Shown one piece after another: positions 27,337-32,000 of a stretch of 32,000 nt of DNA (its first letter is position 1; each line of letters starts with the position of its first letter). The notes under the pieces were generated by a model. It was not told the origin of the DNA and did not search any database. It saw only the letters and a program-made list of their open reading frames with translations. The stretch comes from Mycobacterium leprae TN (lineage in GTDB: Bacteria > Actinomycetota > Actinomycetes > Mycobacteriales > Mycobacteriaceae). The DNA is taken from assembly GCF_000195855.1 (NCBI RefSeq), contig NC_002677.1:930001-962000 (forward strand), written 5' to 3'. The position numbers were made by a program, and so were the translations under genes.

Positions 27337-27923
27337 TAGCCAGGCGACCCAAGCGTGTGTAGTTGCCGTAGCCCGTACTCGAACCCGCACATCCCAATCG
27401 AGCTGATGCGCATACCGAAGCGCCGGCCCTCGACAAATGGCAGCCCGATCCAGCGTGTGATCACCGCCCAGCAGAGGTGGCCATGGCTGACGGACTACAT
27501 GGTCCGTGACTCCAAGTGCTCGAACGCCATAGCGACGGCCTGGTCGGCATGTTCGCTGACTTGCCAGACGTTTTTCACCCCTCGGGTATCTGTGCGTCCA
27601 TGCCAACCAAGCAGGTTCGGCTTCTCGAGTCTTTGCGGTGGTGAGGTCTTCGTAGGAGCCGTAGGTGCATTCAGCTAGTAATGGAGATACTTTGTCGACG
27701 GTAAGTCCGGCCAACTTGGCAGTAACTAGGTCGCATTGACGTGGGTTGCTGGCCATCATCGGATCAACGAGTTTCTGTTCCGCTAGGGCCCGCTCAGCTA
27801 GCTTGGCCTGTGCTCGGCCGGTATCGGTCAACTCCAGCTCGGTACAGCCGAATGTGCTGGCCCGATTTCGACCACGCCGTATCGCCATGTCGTAGCAGCA
27901 GACGGTGGTTGTGTTAAGCCCAT
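27337..27923 (-). pseudogene. gpm2: Histidine-phosphatase-family (Gpm2/Rv3214-like) pseudogene
   Basis: The ATG at 27923 gives 'MGL..HNHRLLLLRHGDTAW' in one frame. 'ELELTDTGRAQAKLAERAL..DLVTAKLAGLTVDKVSPLLAECTYGSYEDLTTAKTREAEPAWLAWTH' is in the entC frame. 'VITRWIGLPFVEGRRFGMRISSIGMCGFEYGLRQLHTLGSPG*' is in a third frame, with the ancestral stop at 27337. Confidence 0.7.
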
Positions 27924-28093
27924 GCCGGACGATAGGTTGTCGCCCTGAGCCGGAGCCATCGTCTGAGGTATATCAAGGAGAACGTGCCAGCATAGCGCTG
28001 TGACCGCGCTGGTGACGATGCGCAGAGGAGATGATTTCCGATGAGGTGGGGTGTGGAACCCTAATTCTTCATTGCAGGGGGAGAACAGTGCTT

Positions 28094-28852
28094 GTGACTA
28101 AGGCCCGGGTACTGGCTGTGGCCAACCAGAAAGGGGGCGTAGTCAAGATGACAACGGTGGTCTCACTGGGGTGAGGCGATTGCGGAGCGAGTACTGCTTG
28201 TCGATCTGAAATCCGCCGGGTTGTTTGACCTCTTGTGCTGGGCCAAGATCTCGACAAACTCCCGGTTTCTGTGTACGAGAGGTATTGCTCGGTGAGGTCG
28301 AGCCAAATTGTTTCGCTGGTCACGATGGTGGAGGGAATGACGCTGCTGTCGGCCAACATTGACCTCGCCAACGCTGAGTCGGTGTTGCTGATGCGGACGG
28401 GCCGCGAATATGGGCTCAAATGTGCGTTGGCCAAACTCTCCGACTAGTTCGACGTGGTCTGTCATCGGATTGCCCGCTGTCACGTGATGTGCTCACCCTC
28501 AACGGTTTGATGGCCGCCGACAAGGCCATCGTGCCGCTGCAGTGCGAGATACTGGGGCACTGCGGCTCCGGCCAATTTCTGTACACCGTCGCTGACGTTC
28601 AGCAGATCACCAAACCTGGATTTCTGCGACTGCTGGGTGCGTGTTACCTACGCTGTAGGATTTCCGTACCCCCACACTCGTGAAATGCTGCTCGACCTCG
28701 CAGACCGCTATGCGCTGCCTGTGCTGGCACCGCCCATCTCGCCGCACAGTGCGCTTCAATGAGGCGTTGGCCTATCGCGAACTGGCATAGGGGCTGCGCA
28801 AGCATTGGATAGAACGGCAAACCTCCAGCCCACGTTCACTGTCGAGATTTAG
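28094..28852 (+). pseudogene. Soj/ParA-family ATPase pseudogene (Rv3213c-like)
   Basis: The GTG at 28094 gives 'VTKARVLAVANQKGGVVKMTTVVSLG*', with a TGA at 28172. Later frames give 'LGQDLDKLPVSVYE', 'MVEGMTLLSANIDLANAESVLLMRTGREYGLKCALAKLSD', 'LTLNGLMAADKAIVPLQCEILGH.GSGQFL.TVADVQQITKP', 'LLDLADRYALPVLAPPI' and '..QPTFTVEI*'. Confidence 0.85.
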
Positions 28853-28881
28853 CGGCCCGTACGAGCTCATGGTCCCCGCAA

Positions 28882-30105
28882 CTAGCCCAGCGCTACCAGG
28901 GTGTCGCCGCGTTGCTCGAACACCGTAGAACCCGAAACGGCCGGGATCACTGCTGAGCTGCTCGGCGGTCGACGCACCGGGATATAGCGGTTATTCGCAC
29001 CGCTGAACAGGTCATAGACGCCTATCTTACCGGTGACCGGTACAAGCAGTTGACCGGCCATCATCACACCAGGCCCCACTGGCGCAGTCGTTTCGCCTGC
29101 GGCAATGGTGTACCGAAGGGTGAGGTTGCTCTGATTGAAGACCATGAGGGTATCTCCGGTCCACCAGGTCACTAGGTTGCCTGCCTGCGAGACCACTGCC
29201 GAGCTCGACGGCGGTTTGGTCAGCAGTGTGCTCGCCACGGTGGTTCCGGTTTCGTCGATCACGTCCACTCTGGGCTGTGTGCCGGCTTCTCCGGGCAGAT
29301 AAACAGCTGTATGGGTGTCGGAAACCGTCAGCACGCGGGCTCCCGAACCAGAGCGGACCCTGGGCTCGGCCACCAGGTGTTGTTGGGGTTCGTCGTCTTC
29401 CTTGCCCGGGCGTAACAGCACGAGCTGCAGATCGTCCTGATTCGCACAGGCCTCGAGCACCGCTACCGCCGATGAGCTAGCTGCTGTGGACTCCAGCGTG
29501 CATCCGGAGTGAAGTCCCCGCGCCGGGGGTTTCACCCGGGCGTCGATTTCACCGTAGGCGAGCATCCGGACCATGTCCGAGCGCCAGAGTTCCAGGCGGG
29601 TATCGCCGGCCGACAACACCGCCGTGCCGTCGGAGGATAGGCGCACGTGTGGATCGGCGTAGCTACTGCGGGCGGCTTCGCGACGGCCGGTGGATCCATC
29701 TATGGTGCTGACCTGACCGCAACCACGGTCATCTCGATAGACCGCGACGGCGTAATGGTAGACCCAGGACACTCCGCACAGATCGCTGTCGCGGGCGTAG
29801 CTCCAACGTGACTCGCCCGTGACGGGGTTGCGCCCATCTATTTGGTGCCCGTCGCCAGTGATCACCGCACCACCCACCACCACGGGGGCGGTGGTGGCAG
29901 GACTGGCAGCGGCCCAGAGCTGGTTGAAGGCGGTCGGCACTTCCCGCGCTGGAGTCGGATTGGGCGCTGGAATGGTGGCCGGCCGGCTGTGGGTGGCCTG
30001 GGCGTCGCTGGTCCACCAGATCAGCGACACCATAGCCGCCATGACGACCGTGATCGTCATGGCGGCTATGGTGTCGGCCTTGGTCCGGCGTTCGGGTCTG
30101 ACCAT
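28882..30105 (-). CDS. Conserved Ala/Val-rich protein with an N-terminal TM anchor and a beta-propeller-like body (Rv3212-like)
   Basis: Intact 407-aa ORF. It has the TM segment 'IAAMTITVVMAAMVSLIWW' and repeated 'G..V..D..TG' beta-strand-rich segments. It lies 12 nt downstream of the rhlE stop on the same strand, as Rv3211 and Rv3212 are ordered. Confidence 0.8.
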   Translation of the reverse strand: MVRPERRTKADTIAAMTITVVMAAMVSLIWWTSDAQATHSRPATIPAPNPTPAREVPTAFNQLWAAASPATTAPVVVGGAVITGDGHQIDGRNPVTGESRWSYARDSDLCGVSWVYHYAVAVYRDDRGCGQVSTIDGSTGRREAARSSYADPHVRLSSDGTAVLSAGDTRLELWRSDMVRMLAYGEIDARVKPPARGLHSGCTLESTAASSSAVAVLEACANQDDLQLVLLRPGKEDDEPQQHLVAEPRVRSGSGARVLTVSDTHTAVYLPGEAGTQPRVDVIDETGTTVASTLLTKPPSSSAVVSQAGNLVTWWTGDTLMVFNQSNLTLRYTIAAGETTAPVGPGVMMAGQLLVPVTGKIGVYDLFSGANNRYIPVRRPPSSSAVIPAVSGSTVFEQRGDTLVALG

Positions 30106-30116
30106 GTGTCAACAGC

Positions 30117-31685
30117 TCAATTGGCCTGTACAGCCAAGTTTTTGTCGAGACCGTTTTCGGCGACCTCGGTCGGCTTGCGGCGGTGTCGACGACGGCGGAC
30201 GTTGGTGGATGGGGAGCCCGACGAGGAGTTCGGCAGCGTCTCCGCGACGACTTTGCCGTTGGTGGCCAGGCTGTCGGCGGACGGGTTATTGGTGGGATGT
30301 CCGGTGACGGGTTGGCCACCGCGGATGCGGTGTCGCTGTACGCTATTGCTCGTTCGCGCCGCCTTAGCGGCTTGCGCTGACGTTCCTGACTTATCCCCGT
30401 CACGGTCGGTCTTGCGGCGTTTGACTTGCGCCTTGCGCGGCGTGCCGACGGTTCCGCTGGCCTCGGCGGGAATGGCCAACTCGGTGTACAGATGGGGCGA
30501 ATTGGAGTATGTCTCGGCCGGATCGGGGGTGCCCAAGCCCAGTGCCTTGTCGATCGTCTCCCAGCGGTGCAACTCATCCCAGTCTACTAGGGTGACCGCG
30601 ACCCCGGTGCGGCCGGCACGGCCCGTGCGTCCGATGCGGTGGACGTACATCTTTTCGTCTTCAGGGCACTGGTAGTTGATTACGTGGGTAACGTCGTCGA
30701 TGTCAATGCCGCGGGCGGCCACATCGGTGGCGACTAGCACGTCGACATTGCCGGTCCGAAAAGCCTCGAGGGCATTCTCTCGTGCTATCTGTCCGAGGTC
30801 GCCATGCACGGCGCCTACCGCGAAACCGCGTTCGTTGAGCTCGTTGGTGACTTTTTGCGCGGTGCGTTTGGTGCGGGTGAAGATCATTGTCGCGCCCCGT
30901 CCACGCGCCTGCAGGATTCGGCTGATCAATTCCACCTTGTCCAATGCGTGGGCGCGGTAGACGAATTGCTGGGTGGTGTCGTGCACTGCCAAGGAGTGCG
31001 GTGCCTCGGCCCGGATATGGATGGGTTGGTCCATGAATGTGCGTGCCAGCGTGATGATCGGGTCCGGCATGGTCGCCGAGAAAAGCATCGATTGCCGATC
31101 GGTGGGGATTTGTCCTAAGAGGCGCTCGATATCGGGAAAGAAGCCCAGATCGAGCATCTCGTCGGCCTCGTCGAGTACCAGCACCGACAACCCGCTCAGC
31201 TGCAGGTGGCCCTGCTGGCACAGGTCGAGCAGCCGCCCTGGAGTGCTTACCACGACGTCGGCGCCTGTCTGTAGTGCTTCGATCTGCGGCTCATAAGCCC
31301 GCCCGCCATAAATGGACACCACCGAGAACCGCCGGTTGTCGTCGTCAGCGGTCAGGTATTTTGCCACGGTGGCCAGGTCATCGGCGACTTGTAGACAAAG
31401 CTCCCGAGTCGGTACAACGACCAGCCCTCGGGGTGCGCCGGACAGCGGCCTTGCTGTGGTAGTGACGCTGATGCGCTGTAGTAACGGCACGCCGAAGGCG
31501 AAAGTCTTGCCCATCCCGGTACGGGCCTGGCCGATCACGTCGTCGCCGGCGAGTGCAAGTGGCAAGGTGAGTTCTTGTATAGCAAAAGGTTGCTGAATGC
31601 CTCGTTCGGCTAATGCACGGACTATTTCGTCACGGACTCCAAGTTTTGCGAAGGCCGGTTCAGCTGTACTGGTTGGTGCAGTCAT
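30117..31685 (-). CDS. rhlE: DEAD-box ATP-dependent RNA helicase RhlE
   Basis: 522 aa from the ATG at 31685 ('MTAPTSTAEPAFAKLGV..'). Motifs: Q motif 'GIQQPFAIQ', motif I 'ARTGMGKT', 'VLDEADEMLD', 'SAT', 'HRIGRTGRAG', and a basic Arg/Lys-rich C-terminal tail. The track ORF start at 31751 adds 22 unconserved residues. Confidence 0.9.
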   Translation of the reverse strand: MTAPTSTAEPAFAKLGVRDEIVRALAERGIQQPFAIQELTLPLALAGDDVIGQARTGMGKTFAFGVPLLQRISVTTTARPLSGAPRGLVVVPTRELCLQVADDLATVAKYLTADDDNRRFSVVSIYGGRAYEPQIEALQTGADVVVSTPGRLLDLCQQGHLQLSGLSVLVLDEADEMLDLGFFPDIERLLGQIPTDRQSMLFSATMPDPIITLARTFMDQPIHIRAEAPHSLAVHDTTQQFVYRAHALDKVELISRILQARGRGATMIFTRTKRTAQKVTNELNERGFAVGAVHGDLGQIARENALEAFRTGNVDVLVATDVAARGIDIDDVTHVINYQCPEDEKMYVHRIGRTGRAGRTGVAVTLVDWDELHRWETIDKALGLGTPDPAETYSNSPHLYTELAIPAEASGTVGTPRKAQVKRRKTDRDGDKSGTSAQAAKAARTSNSVQRHRIRGGQPVTGHPTNNPSADSLATNGKVVAETLPNSSSGSPSTNVRRRRHRRKPTEVAENGLDKNLAVQAN

Positions 31686-32000
31686 ATGTGGGTGAAAAGC
31701 CTTTCGGTGACTGAATCGGTTTTGTGTCGGTGTTTTGCTGTCGCGGTTCACGGGCGCATTTGCTCCGACTCCGAATAGGTCGCCGAGTTGGCGGCTCCAC
31801 GTTCAGTCTATATGGAACTTCAGTCCGGGTAGGACAGCTGTGCACGCACATTTCGCCGGCAGCAGCACAAAAATGCTACTATGTAGACTACATGAGCATG
31901 ATAGCCGGTCACCCAGCGGATGCCATTTTTCTAAACTAGCCGACCAGAGTGTTGCTATACACCCGCCTTCATCCGCGGGCCAATTGGCTGATTCGCCGGC

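Noticed and set aside
26155-27888. The 577-aa ORF read as a single fusion protein (phosphatase + isochorismate synthase)
   Set aside because: The N-terminal third is a frame-scrambled Gpm2 relic. Its true N- and C-termini are in other frames and its own stop is at 27337. The EntC-like part starts cleanly at Met212, so I annotated entC from 27255 and gpm2 as a pseudogene.
29729-30675. ORFs 29729-30577 (-, 282 aa) and 29842-30675 (+, 277 aa) spanning the Rv3212-like / rhlE junction
   Set aside because: They are out-of-frame or antisense to two well-supported genes. Their composition is dominated by Arg, Pro and Gly (GC-rich shadow frames), and they cross a gene boundary.

Overview
This window reads as a reductively evolved Mycobacterium leprae-type chromosome segment. 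All homology calls come from reading the translations and recalling M. tuberculosis (Mtb) proteins from memory; no search was run. Gene order is collinear with Mtb Rv3230c to Rv3211, but inverted.

Eleven genes look intact:
- rsgA (4528-5541, -)
- aroA (5508-6800, -)
- an SRAP/YedK-type protein (6856-7605, +)
- a 592-aa helical-repeat + MinD/ParA (EspI-like) ATPase (16524-18302, -)
- the biotinylated protein TB7.3 (21838-22053, +)
- pdtaS (22103-23605, +)
- whiB1 (23665-23919, -)
- a 4-TM membrane protein (25320-25727, +)
- entC (26155-27255, -)
- an Rv3212-like Ala/Val-rich protein (28882-30105, -)
- rhlE (30117-31685, -)

At least 18 other recognisable genes are broken by frameshifts, stops or lost start codons. 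They are the Rv3230c-like reductase, desA3, a small HTH gene, a MazF-like toxin, a 2.2-kb arylsulfatase, a NarL/LuxR response regulator, a PE/PPE pair, a YkuD-like fragment, a YbaK-like gene, the Rv3224-like SDR, sigH, rshA, an Rv3218-region relic, a GNAT, gpm2 and soj/parA.

The stretch from 7.6 to 18.8 kb is not predicted by the Mtb gene order. It is almost entirely decayed, except for the EspI-like ATPase, which is my best candidate for something functionally interesting.

Sequence-level oddities:
- a perfect 19-bp inverted repeat (3542-3587)
- a strongly G+T-skewed ~0.9-kb tract (7620-8520)
- a TATAAT box plus an intrinsic-terminator-like hairpin that could bracket a ~90-nt sRNA (8525-8628)
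- a ~31% GC island (15.3-15.5 kb)
- an (AT)15 microsatellite (18935-18964)
- three perfect tandem duplications (16, 9 and 19 bp), one of which is a frameshifting lesion in sigH

I found no rRNA, tRNA, CRISPR array, IS element or prophage. I see no complete multi-gene novel system, and the evidence for novelty is modest.
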